From an archaeon (GTDB taxonomy: Archaea; Nanobdellota; Nanobdellia; Woesearchaeales; UBA9642), in contig JAZDHK010000001.1 in NCBI GenBank assembly GCA_043806035.1, positions 32,001 through 96,000 of the forward strand: a DNA stretch of 64,000 nucleotides. The letters are read 5' to 3'. The position numbers and the translations under genes were made by a program. Each line of letters begins with the position of its first letter. The stretch's first letter is position 1. Below, in pieces: positions 29,237 to 37,912 of the stretch. The notes below the pieces were generated by a model that had not been told where the DNA came from, made no database searches, and saw nothing but the letters and a program-made list of their open reading frames with translations.

Positions 29237-31102
29237 GTGAATGATGATATAGTTCTTGTTCCTCCTCGGGCTCCATTGCTGCAGCCCCCTCAGAAGAAGG
29301 AAGGGTTCTTCCAGAATATCTTCAAGAAAAAAGAGCAGGACGTGCCTTTAGACAAGCCAACAGACCTGTCAACAGATCTGCCTCCGCTTCCCGCCATTCC
29401 AGAAGGCCAAACGGACATTGATACGAAACTGAGCGAGCTTGAGACGCTTGAGAAAAAACTTGACCAATCTCTCCCCAAAAAAGAGCAGAAGAAGAAAATA
29501 CAGAAACAAACGCCAAAACCTGTGCTTTCAGACATGCCTACATTGCCTCCCCTGCCTGAGATGGAAACCACGCAGCAAAAAGCCGTCAAGGAAAAGCCGC
29601 AAGAAATGGCACGAGAAGCAGTTCTTGAGAAGGCAGAACGGAAAGCAAAGGAAGAGAGCAAAAAATTCTCGCACCCCTATCCCGAGGAACATCCCAGCAA
29701 GAACAAGGATAACGTGCTGTTCCATCCACTGCCTGAAGTTCCTACAGCAGAAAAGAAGGAAAAGAGAGGATTCTGGGCCTGGCTTTTCAGCAAGAAAGCG
29801 CAACCAAAAGAGGAAGGCAACGTGCCCGAAATACCCGATGCTGAATTGACGAACCTGCCGCCGCTTCCTGCATTCGACATGCAAGAGCCTGAGACAAAGC
29901 TCATCATTCCCGAGCAGCTTCCCGAAGACGAGGTAGACACTGCCGTAGACGAGGCCATAGAACAATACTTCAATGACGTCGAAGCGGAAAAGGAGATGGT
30001 CAGGAAAGAGCTCGAGCGCATCATGACTGGAAAGAAACGCTCCAGCACATTCCTCACGAAAAACACCAAACGCCTCGACCAGCTCATGAAGAACATCAGC
30101 AAGATCAACAGCAAAAAATTCGCGTTGCGCTTCCAGGGGAAAGAAGGCAAGGTGAACAAGCGAGAATTCCTGCAATTCATCAAGCAGCTCGACCAGACAG
30201 AGAGGGAGCTTGCTTCCCTGCGCGACGAGGTCTTCGATCTCATCATGGACAACGTGCACGAAGAAGCATATGGCGACGTCCACGACATGATCCAAGAGAA
30301 GAAGGAAGAGCTCAGTGAGCAGCACAATGACATCAAGGAAAAACAGGCGTATGTCGACGAGAAGTTGCCGCAACTGGAGAAACGCGAGCAGAAACTTGAT
30401 GAGCGAGAACAACGTCTCACCCTCCGAGAGAATGACGTGAAGGAGCGAGAGAAGATGGTTACTGACCTGGTCCGCGAGAAAGTGGAACTTCTCGTCCAGA
30501 AACGTATGGTGCAGGAAGAACGCCGCATCCAGAAGATCAAGGACGATCTCGAGAAGGAAAAGATACAGCTCGCTATGGAAAAAACAAAACTCGAATCCAG
30601 CATGAAAGACCTGCAGGAGAAAGAGCACCATCTCGAGGAGGAGAATGCGGAATACGTGCAGCGCATGAAAGATCTCGAGGATTCCTTGGCAAAAATGAAA
30701 GCGGACTACGAACTCAAGCTCAAGGTGGCCAACGACCAGGCAGCCCAACTCGGCGAGCAGCTCAAAGCAGTAAATGTGTCCAAGGATGCTGTCAGGAGAT
30801 CACCAAAGCCAGAGAAAGATTTCCAAGGTTACCTACAGGAAAGCCTGAGGCAGATCCAGCCAGCCAGCATGAAACAGGAACCGCTGCCTGAGCCGCAACA
30901 AACGGAAAAGATATACCAACTCATCGACCAATGCAAGGACTGCATAGGGCAGGGAGATGTGTACAATGCGCAGAAGGCATACAATGATGCCAAGTCGGCA
31001 TTCTACACGTGCAACGTGCACGGCACGGAGAAGGCCATACTCTATAATACCCTGCGTGAGCTGTACGATGATATCCGGCTACTCCTGCTCGATCAAGACT
31101 AG
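29237..31102 (+). CDS. Large Pro-rich and coiled-coil protein
   Basis: LPPLP repeats, two amphipathic GFF/GFW motifs, long coiled coil, helical C-terminal domain; SD GGGGTGA. Confidence 0.8.
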   Translation: MNDDIVLVPPRAPLLQPPQKKEGFFQNIFKKKEQDVPLDKPTDLSTDLPPLPAIPEGQTDIDTKLSELETLEKKLDQSLPKKEQKKKIQKQTPKPVLSDMPTLPPLPEMETTQQKAVKEKPQEMAREAVLEKAERKAKEESKKFSHPYPEEHPSKNKDNVLFHPLPEVPTAEKKEKRGFWAWLFSKKAQPKEEGNVPEIPDAELTNLPPLPAFDMQEPETKLIIPEQLPEDEVDTAVDEAIEQYFNDVEAEKEMVRKELERIMTGKKRSSTFLTKNTKRLDQLMKNISKINSKKFALRFQGKEGKVNKREFLQFIKQLDQTERELASLRDEVFDLIMDNVHEEAYGDVHDMIQEKKEELSEQHNDIKEKQAYVDEKLPQLEKREQKLDEREQRLTLRENDVKEREKMVTDLVREKVELLVQKRMVQEERRIQKIKDDLEKEKIQLAMEKTKLESSMKDLQEKEHHLEEENAEYVQRMKDLEDSLAKMKADYELKLKVANDQAAQLGEQLKAVNVSKDAVRRSPKPEKDFQGYLQESLRQIQPASMKQEPLPEPQQTEKIYQLIDQCKDCIGQGDVYNAQKAYNDAKSAFYTCNVHGTEKAILYNTLRELYDDIRLLLLDQD

Positions 31103-31228
31103 CGTTGCAGATACAGTGTTGTCGACTTGCTGCATCTGTCGATGCCCGTTACGCTGACCGCGAATTACTAGGGGGAATCTTCAACATCTTACAAAGTATG
31201 TTGTTTTGCAGACTGCAAGGACCGTGTC

Positions 31229-32356
31229 TTATCTGCACAGCATGGCACGGACGCTGCTTCCTTCAATGCGGAACTGCACGGGCAAGAATTTTTCTGTCAC
31301 GTAGATGTTGCTCAGGATGTGCTTCGTTATCTTCGACGTTGTTATTGTGTCCCCAGATAGTGCAAGGAAGGGAATGAGCTGGTCTGCAGTATATGCATCA
31401 ACAACAGCACCAGTGTTCAACTCGTCAAGCAATTGCTGTGCAGCTTCTTTGCCGACAATCTCGGCTTGCTTTCCTTGCTCGCCGAGCACGCTTGCACTCA
31501 CAAGCTGCGGCTGGTGAGGGTCAGTTCCCTCAGAGGAACCTCCTCTACTGACGAGCGTGATGCCGCTGCCTACGGAAGCAGTCACCCGATAACTTTCTTG
31601 CATACTGCACGGCTGTGCCAGCGTGAGCTTTGCCGCTTGTGCCTGCCTTTCAGCGACCCGTGTTTGAGCGAGTTCCTGGCTGGCATGGCTGCTGCCAACG
31701 ATGGAAAGAGTGGTTTGTTGACGTTCGAGAACGAACGGCAGGGTATGGGCAAGCGTTTCTTTGAACGCAGTGTGTTGCGCGAACACTGGCAGGAGCTGCT
31801 TTGCATGCGCATTCTCTTCCTGCAAGCGGTCCTTGAGCGGTTTCAGGGTGAGGGTGACTTCTCCCTGCCCTTTCGGATAGTAGCCTCGCTTGTACACCGT
31901 GCAGGAAATGTCAGCATATTTTCTCAAGTACGGGATCATGACGAGGATGAAATGATCGATAGGTGCAGACCAGGCAACATCCGTTCCCCCTTTGAGCCGG
32001 ACGTGGATGGTTTTGTTGAGGAAGAGCAGCGGCAGCAACAACGTCTGGAGGACAAGCGTTATGCTGCCCGCCGTCCCTATATCTATGAGCAAATTTTTCT
32101 TTTTCAGATCGCTGGGAATGTACTCTATCCAGTCTGCACCGACGATGACATTACGCAGGGTTGCATTGCAGAGTTCTTTCAGTGCCAGCAGGCCGTGCAC
32201 GTGCTGTGCCTTGAGACCAGGTCTTGCCCTGCCTGACCTAATATTTTCGATGCGCACGGGCTTCCCTGTTATGGTCGAAAAGGCGATCGCTGTCCTGACG
32301 ATCTGACCTCCACCCTCGCCATGCGAGCCATCGATGAGAACGAACTCCATGACCAT
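31229..32356 (-). CDS. rtcA: RNA 3'-terminal phosphate cyclase
   Basis: IDGSHGEGGGQIVRT, IRSGR.RPGL.AQH, GTAGSITLVLQ, RGYYPKG, ADQL...TKHILSN (catalytic His). Confidence 0.95.
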   Translation of the reverse strand: MVMEFVLIDGSHGEGGGQIVRTAIAFSTITGKPVRIENIRSGRARPGLKAQHVHGLLALKELCNATLRNVIVGADWIEYIPSDLKKKNLLIDIGTAGSITLVLQTLLLPLLFLNKTIHVRLKGGTDVAWSAPIDHFILVMIPYLRKYADISCTVYKRGYYPKGQGEVTLTLKPLKDRLQEENAHAKQLLPVFAQHTAFKETLAHTLPFVLERQQTTLSIVGSSHASQELAQTRVAERQAQAAKLTLAQPCSMQESYRVTASVGSGITLVSRGGSSEGTDPHQPQLVSASVLGEQGKQAEIVGKEAAQQLLDELNTGAVVDAYTADQLIPFLALSGDTITTSKITKHILSNIYVTEKFLPVQFRIEGSSVRAMLCR

Positions 32357-32396
32357 GTTTTCTTTTTGGCGTTTAAATGTGTTGTGCAGCAGCCCC

Positions 32397-32530
32397 GGTT
32401 CTGTCCTGAATCTCTTTCGCATCTCGCTCCGCATGGCCTGTTTTGCACAGGTTGCATACGAGTCGGCACGTGACAGCCGTGTTCACGGATTGCTTCGCTA
32501 GGGGATGCACGGGACTCTAATGGTGGAGTT
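32397..32530 (-). repeat. 134-nt palindromic dispersed element, copy 2
   Basis: Shares GTGCATCCCC.AGCGAAGCAAT, ACGTGCCGACTCGTATGC and TGCGGAGCG.GATGCGAAAGAGATT with 7731-7864 at identical spacing. Confidence 0.8.
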
Positions 32531-32577
32531 ACAGTATTCCCGCAAATTATATAAATCGTGCATGGCATGAATAGCGT

Positions 32578-33423
32578 ATGCAGTACAAATACGTCATGGT
32601 TCTCGCGTTGCTTGGTATGCTGCTCACGGCCTGTTCCCAAGAGCTCACACCTGAAGCGTTGCAGTCAAAGCTCGTCCTGGCAAACAGCGACGTCAACAGC
32701 TATACGGTAGATCTCGCCATCAGCACGCATGTGCAGGGCCAAGCGTACGAACAGCCGCTGGATGCAGCCATGAGCACCATATCGAAAGGAAAAGTTGACC
32801 GGCAGGCAAAGAAAATATTCATGGACTCTGCACTCTCCTCGGACATGACGGGCATGAAAGTAGACTTGCAATCACAATTGTACGTCATCGATAACACGCT
32901 CTATCAACAAATCCTGGATGTGTGGGTCAAAACGGCACTCCCGCAGGAAGTATGGCAGCAGCAAGACCACATGTATGATATCATCAGCATGATCAATTCG
33001 GGAAGCATCGAACGGCTGCCCGATGAAATTCTCAATGATGAAGAATATTATGTCGTCACCATCAACCCCGATATCAAGAAAGTGGTAGAGCTTGCTTTGC
33101 GTGAGCAGGAACAGCTCGACCTGTTGAATGGCAGCTTGAACTTTTCTGACATTGTGCAATCATACGCTGCGAAGATATGGATTAACAAGCGAACGTTCAT
33201 CATCGAAAAAAGCACGACCAACATACGACTCATCTTCACGCCAGAGAACATGGGGAAAGGAGAAGGATCGCTCGTCATGGACATGCGCATCGACATGAGC
33301 ATTGCCAATGTCAACCAGCCACTTATCATCACGCTTCCAGAAGAAGCAGGCAATGCCGTCCTTCTCGAGAAGAAAAGCTCGAATGTGGTCACGGGAAACG
33401 TCATCAAGAGCCTGTTCATGTAA
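32578..33423 (+). CDS. Lipoprotein (DUF6612/LolA-like fold)
   Basis: Lipobox LLTAC; YVIDNTLY...W.K; IWINK.TF; NVNQPLIITLPEEA. Confidence 0.75.
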   Translation: MQYKYVMVLALLGMLLTACSQELTPEALQSKLVLANSDVNSYTVDLAISTHVQGQAYEQPLDAAMSTISKGKVDRQAKKIFMDSALSSDMTGMKVDLQSQLYVIDNTLYQQILDVWVKTALPQEVWQQQDHMYDIISMINSGSIERLPDEILNDEEYYVVTINPDIKKVVELALREQEQLDLLNGSLNFSDIVQSYAAKIWINKRTFIIEKSTTNIRLIFTPENMGKGEGSLVMDMRIDMSIANVNQPLIITLPEEAGNAVLLEKKSSNVVTGNVIKSLFM

Positions 33424-33517
33424 TGTTTTGTACGCACATTCCGTGTGTGTTTGCATGCACTTCTGCATTTTTTGAATAGGAAGGTTTAAATAATTCCTCG
33501 TGCGCGCCTTGACTTCC

Positions 33518-33661
33518 ATGGCATACCAGTGCGTCAAGTGCGGACAATTCTGCAATCAGGAAGAAATCAGGAAAGGCTGCGAATGCGGCGGCAGGGTATT
33601 CTTGTACGTACGAGGAGAGGCGCAGACGGAAGAGCTCATCGTCTCAATCGAGGACAACTAA
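33518..33661 (+). CDS. 47-aa Zn-ribbon protein (OapC/DUF2072-like N-terminus), not in ORF track
   Basis: MAYQCVKCGQFCNQEEIRKGCECGGRVFLYVRG...; TTTAAATA upstream. Confidence 0.7.
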   Translation: MAYQCVKCGQFCNQEEIRKGCECGGRVFLYVRGEAQTEELIVSIEDN

Positions 33662-33691
33662 CTTTTTATAGGAGAGCGTCTCTGCTGCACC

Positions 33692-34438
33692 ATGACCTTT
33701 GTCGATGTGCATGCACACCTTGATTTCTTCTCGGAAGAAGAGCTCGTGCGGAGTATTGCCGCATGCGAGCGCTATGCGGTCATCGTGGTCTGCAACGGCG
33801 TGCATCCGGAAAGCAACATGAAAGTACTTGCGCTTGCGAAGCGATTCCCTCGCGTCCAGGCAGCGCTAGGATTCTATCCTACACACGTCAACGAGTACAG
33901 CGATGAAGACTTTGCAAGAGAATGTACGCGCATACGCTCTGCAAAACCAAAAGCGCTGGGAGAGACAGGGTTGGACTACAAAGAAGTGACCGACCCTATC
34001 CAGGTAGAGCGCATGAAGCGCTGGTTCATTACATTCATACATCTCGGTAAGGAACTCAACATACCCCTCATCGTCCATTCACGCAAGGCAGAACTCGACG
34101 TCATAGACCTGTTGGAAACGCACCATGCGCAGAAAGTCATCATGCACTGCTTTTCCGGCAAAAAACATCTTGTGGAGCGCATACAGAAGAACGGCTGGCA
34201 GTTCAGCATCCCTTGCATTGTCGAGTACTTGCAGCAATTCCAGGACATCGTCAAGAGCACGCCCATCACGCAATTACTAACAGAAACCGACGCGCCCTAT
34301 CTGAGTCCTGTTAAAGGAGAAAGAAATGAGCCGGCGAATGTACGCCTAACTGTGCAAAAAATTGCTGAACTCAAAGGCATGACGCTTGAGGAAGTAGAGA
34401 AGAACATTTTCATGAATTACCAGCGGCTATTCCTGTAA
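33692..34438 (+). CDS. tatD: TatD family deoxyribonuclease
   Basis: DVHAHLD, LGETGLDY, LIVHSR, MHCFSG, LTETDAPYL. Confidence 0.95.
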   Translation: MTFVDVHAHLDFFSEEELVRSIAACERYAVIVVCNGVHPESNMKVLALAKRFPRVQAALGFYPTHVNEYSDEDFARECTRIRSAKPKALGETGLDYKEVTDPIQVERMKRWFITFIHLGKELNIPLIVHSRKAELDVIDLLETHHAQKVIMHCFSGKKHLVERIQKNGWQFSIPCIVEYLQQFQDIVKSTPITQLLTETDAPYLSPVKGERNEPANVRLTVQKIAELKGMTLEEVEKNIFMNYQRLFL

Positions 34439-34477
34439 TCCCGTAAATTTTTTAAACAACCGTATATGGAAAGTAGT

Positions 34478-34702
34478 ATGCAGCTCATCATTGACACTAC
34501 AAAGGATAGCCCGGAGCAATTGAGAAAGGCCATAGCCTTCCTGCAAGAACTTGTTGGAGAACAGCCTGCCATTGAACCAGTTCCTTTGCTCAAGGAACTC
34601 GCGCAGCAGGTCAAGCAGGAATTGCCAAAAACGAAGAATGGAAAGAAAGCGCCCGACGATGAAGACGAGGATGTCGAGTTCAAAATTGTTGAGTACACGT
34701 GA
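34478..34702 (+). CDS. Small hypothetical protein
   Basis: MQLIIDTTKDSPEQLRKAIAFL...KIVEY; TTTTTAAA upstream. Confidence 0.65.
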   Translation: MQLIIDTTKDSPEQLRKAIAFLQELVGEQPAIEPVPLLKELAQQVKQELPKTKNGKKAPDDEDEDVEFKIVEYT

Positions 34703-35819
34703 TGTATCTTCCCAATCGTTCCTCAATCTCCTGCAAGATCTCTCCAGGAAAGGCATAGCCCGCTATGCACATGCGTAACGTGTGTTCCTGATCAAGAAAG
34801 TGAGGAATTCCCAGAGGAAGAATGCCTTTTTTCTCATACGGATCATACCAAAATGTGTGCAGGGCGCGATCTAGTTTCTGAAATGAGAGCGGTTCGTTAG
34901 ATGTCATGTGCATTTGCCAGATGGGCAAGTTCTTGTTCAGCCCATACAGGTGAGGATATATGGAAATGGGGTGCCGAGCATTTATCTCGCAAAAGTACAA
35001 CTTGTCAGCATCAATAAACTCAATATCTATGGGCCCTCTATAGCCGTCTGCATGTATTTGCTGTGCAATCAGCATACCTTGCCTGTAGAGTGCGTCCTGC
35101 CTGCTTGCAGTGGGGAATTTGCTTGAGCGATATGCGAGTTTGTCACACAGCCGGTCCTGCATGTAGACGAGTGCTATTTCGTCCTCCTCAAGAAAGAAGC
35201 AAATGGCGGGCAAGTTTTTTGGTGGCACGTATTCCTCAATAACGAATTCGGTCGAACGAGTGATGTCATCGGGCAACAACGCATACGTCCCGAGGTACCG
35301 TGCTAATTCTTGCGGTGACGTTACTACTGCAGAACCGAGTCCTCCGCGCGAATATTCTGCCTTCACCACTATTGGTTTTTGTATTGCTATTTTTTGTAGG
35401 TCTTCCTTAGTGACGACTGCCAATCTGGGATTTGCCATGTCAGGAAATGTCGTCATAATAAGTCGTGCCATTTTGGCCTTGCTCTTCGTCCTGTTCGTGC
35501 TGGCAATGAGTGCCTGCTTGTCATTGCTGCCGAAAAGGTCTGCATTGAAGGTCTTCTCGACCCAAAGCAACTCATCAAGCGTATTTGGAGCAGCATACAT
35601 GCTGAGCACTCGTCGCTCTTTCGCAGGCTCGTATTTGTACACCAGTCGTGCGTTCATGAGCCCGCTGTCTCTCCAGAATTCCAGGAAAGAGTCGTACACG
35701 CGAGAAGGAATGCTACGCTCAAAACCGTGCTGTCCTAGAACAGCATATTGGTCGATGACTATGCTGTCCGCAATCATCAGGCAATCGAGGGAAGGATGCG
35801 TGTAGTAGACGGTGGTCAT
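34680..35819 (-). CDS. ATP-grasp enzyme (putative RiPP tailoring ligase)
   Basis: PIVVKAEYSRGGLGS, FVIEEYV, GYRGPIDIEF...YFCEINAR; ATGA-coupled to the upstream gene. Confidence 0.82.
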   Translation of the reverse strand: MTTVYYTHPSLDCLMIADSIVIDQYAVLGQHGFERSIPSRVYDSFLEFWRDSGLMNARLVYKYEPAKERRVLSMYAAPNTLDELLWVEKTFNADLFGSNDKQALIASTNRTKSKAKMARLIMTTFPDMANPRLAVVTKEDLQKIAIQKPIVVKAEYSRGGLGSAVVTSPQELARYLGTYALLPDDITRSTEFVIEEYVPPKNLPAICFFLEEDEIALVYMQDRLCDKLAYRSSKFPTASRQDALYRQGMLIAQQIHADGYRGPIDIEFIDADKLYFCEINARHPISIYPHLYGLNKNLPIWQMHMTSNEPLSFQKLDRALHTFWYDPYEKKGILPLGIPHFLDQEHTLRMCIAGYAFPGEILQEIEERLGRYITCTQQF

Positions 35820-36910
35820 GCCAACTCCTCCAGCCGTGCAGTATACGCACCCTTCTTTTCTAACGAGCGAATTGCCATAATCTCAAAGAGCTGATTCCGC
35901 ACATCCCTATTTTCTTCATTGTATTCCATTGCGAGCGTGATGAAATCCAACGTATCTCTCACGAAACGTTTTCTTGCAATCGGTACGTGTACAATAATCT
36001 TCTGCTGCTCCTTCCAACAATGTATACGATTGAGTCGTTGTCGAAAGAAAATGTCGTCCAGTGCATTGTCTACTTCCTCAGGAGCGCTGAGTCCATGACA
36101 GAGACGCTCATACAATGCTCGCATGCCTTCTTCAGTTTCCAGTGGACATGGAAGCAAACCCTCTCGTGCGAGATAACCGACGCTGTTGATGAGTTGACAG
36201 ATGTCAAACGTACTGGCGTCTCTCTTGCGTAACAGATTCTTTCGTACGACGTTCAGTACTGCTTGTTCAATACGCACATAATAGTTTCTTCCCGAGAGTT
36301 GCGTGAAGAGCGCACACACGGATTCGGCTTTTTCGGCAGGAGAGCGTGATGCATAGTATGTTGGTGCCACGTTTTCAAGAAATGCGTCTTCAGGCTTCGG
36401 AATAACCATGTCAAGCAACAAACTGGAAAATGGGAGGACATCCATAAGAACGGCATGAAGGGGCAGATGGTCTCTGCGTGCTGCAATGAGTGCGTGGTGT
36501 GCGTTGTGCTTTCTCACTGCATACTTCTCCTTGAGTACGGAAAACCACAACTCATCCTGAAATATGCGCTCTATGACTTCTACAAGATTCCGCTCAGGAT
36601 TGTGGTAATGCAAGAGTATGCCTTCTTCTACTTCTGCAATAGGCCGATCCTCCGGGAAAATACCCAATGCTCTAAATGAATTCTTTATGAGCAATACATT
36701 GTAGTCGCACTCCAATCCCGGTCTGTCTCGCATGCACCAAACGGCAATATTTTCCTCGCCACAGTCTCTGTTTGCGAATGTCGAAGAGGGATCTTTCTTT
36801 GCCTTGTACTCTGCTGCTTGTTTTAACCGTTCGTACGTCGTCAGAGAGACACGGTATGCTGCCAATTGCGTGCGTAGCACATTCTTTTCCGGAAGAGAGA
36901 GGTCTATCAT
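35816..36910 (-). CDS. Unknown protein in RiPP-like operon
   Basis: 364-aa ORF with ATGA overlaps at both ends; no family recognised. Confidence 0.7.
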   Translation of the reverse strand: MIDLSLPEKNVLRTQLAAYRVSLTTYERLKQAAEYKAKKDPSSTFANRDCGEENIAVWCMRDRPGLECDYNVLLIKNSFRALGIFPEDRPIAEVEEGILLHYHNPERNLVEVIERIFQDELWFSVLKEKYAVRKHNAHHALIAARRDHLPLHAVLMDVLPFSSLLLDMVIPKPEDAFLENVAPTYYASRSPAEKAESVCALFTQLSGRNYYVRIEQAVLNVVRKNLLRKRDASTFDICQLINSVGYLAREGLLPCPLETEEGMRALYERLCHGLSAPEEVDNALDDIFFRQRLNRIHCWKEQQKIIVHVPIARKRFVRDTLDFITLAMEYNEENRDVRNQLFEIMAIRSLEKKGAYTARLEELA

Positions 36911-37545
36911 TTCTTCAGCTCAAAATGAATCATTCGGGTCGCGTCTCGTGCATCATACACTGCATTCGCGTATTCTGCAAGAACCTGTATGTGCAATCCT
37001 TCTTTCCTGAACATTGCAGCCAAAAATGACAAGGTGGTTCCATGTACTGCTCCTGTTTTTACGAGCACATTTCTGTACAGTTCGTGCGCGGGTACGTACT
37101 GCAGTGCGTGTTCTGCATAGATGGTTTCATCCAATGATGCGGAAAATGTTTCTCCAACAACAAGACCGTTTTCCTTGACCACTCTACTCATTTCATGTAC
37201 GGCTTGCTTTATTGTTCTATTCGATGCGAGGCAGTGCAGAAGATAATTCGCGTAAACGATGTCTATGCTGGCATCTCTAAACGGCAATTGCAGCACGTTG
37301 GTTTTGTAAATGTGTGCATGAGGTAGGCGTGATTTTGCCAGAGAGATGCATATACCATCAATGTCTATTCCTAAATAGTGCCCTATACGGATTACCTGAT
37401 TTTCCTGTAAAAAAAGACCGTCATTTCCCATTCCCATACCACAGTCCAGAAAAGTACAATCCGGATGTTCAGTTGCGTAGGAAAACAGGCAAGGATACTT
37501 CTGCACATGTTGTTGTTCCCTGTTGAATTTGTGGTAGTGGGTCAT
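36907..37545 (-). CDS. Class I SAM-dependent methyltransferase
   Basis: FLDCGMGMG, GIDID, LPFRDASIDIV, EMSRVVKENG; SD GAGGTG. Confidence 0.88.
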   Translation of the reverse strand: MTHYHKFNREQQHVQKYPCLFSYATEHPDCTFLDCGMGMGNDGLFLQENQVIRIGHYLGIDIDGICISLAKSRLPHAHIYKTNVLQLPFRDASIDIVYANYLLHCLASNRTIKQAVHEMSRVVKENGLVVGETFSASLDETIYAEHALQYVPAHELYRNVLVKTGAVHGTTLSFLAAMFRKEGLHIQVLAEYANAVYDARDATRMIHFELKK

Positions 37546-37567
37546 TTGTCCTGACCCACCTCTTTTT

Positions 37568-37912
37568 TTATTCTGGCTTGCTGAAATACTCGTCTGCGGA
37601 ACTACTGAGGAAGGGTCGTTCGCAGCACGGACCACCACCGCCACCTCCATGATAGCATGCATTAGCAGCAGTGAAGTATGTGTCGGCTGAACTGTTCAGA
37701 AATGGTCGCTCACAGCATGGTCCGTAGTGGCAGCCGCCTGAATAGCAGTCTCTCGTTAACAAACCATCAGTGGCAATTACCAATTGCCCACCCGGTAGCA
37801 TGCTTATCGGTCTGCCATATCGGTAAATGACGTCAATGGTTCCGCCTTCCAATAGGTAATCGAGTAACGCATTCGGCTTTTCAGGTAAGGGTATTTGGTC
37901 AAGCGATGTCAT
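37568..37912 (-). CDS. Putative RiPP precursor with two Cys-rich core repeats
   Basis: About 55-aa Cys-free leader followed by CYSGGCHYGPCCERPFLNSSADTYFTAANA / CYHGGGGGGPCCERPFLSSSADEYFSKPE. Confidence 0.78.
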   Translation of the reverse strand: MTSLDQIPLPEKPNALLDYLLEGGTIDVIYRYGRPISMLPGGQLVIATDGLLTRDCYSGGCHYGPCCERPFLNSSADTYFTAANACYHGGGGGGPCCERPFLSSSADEYFSKPE

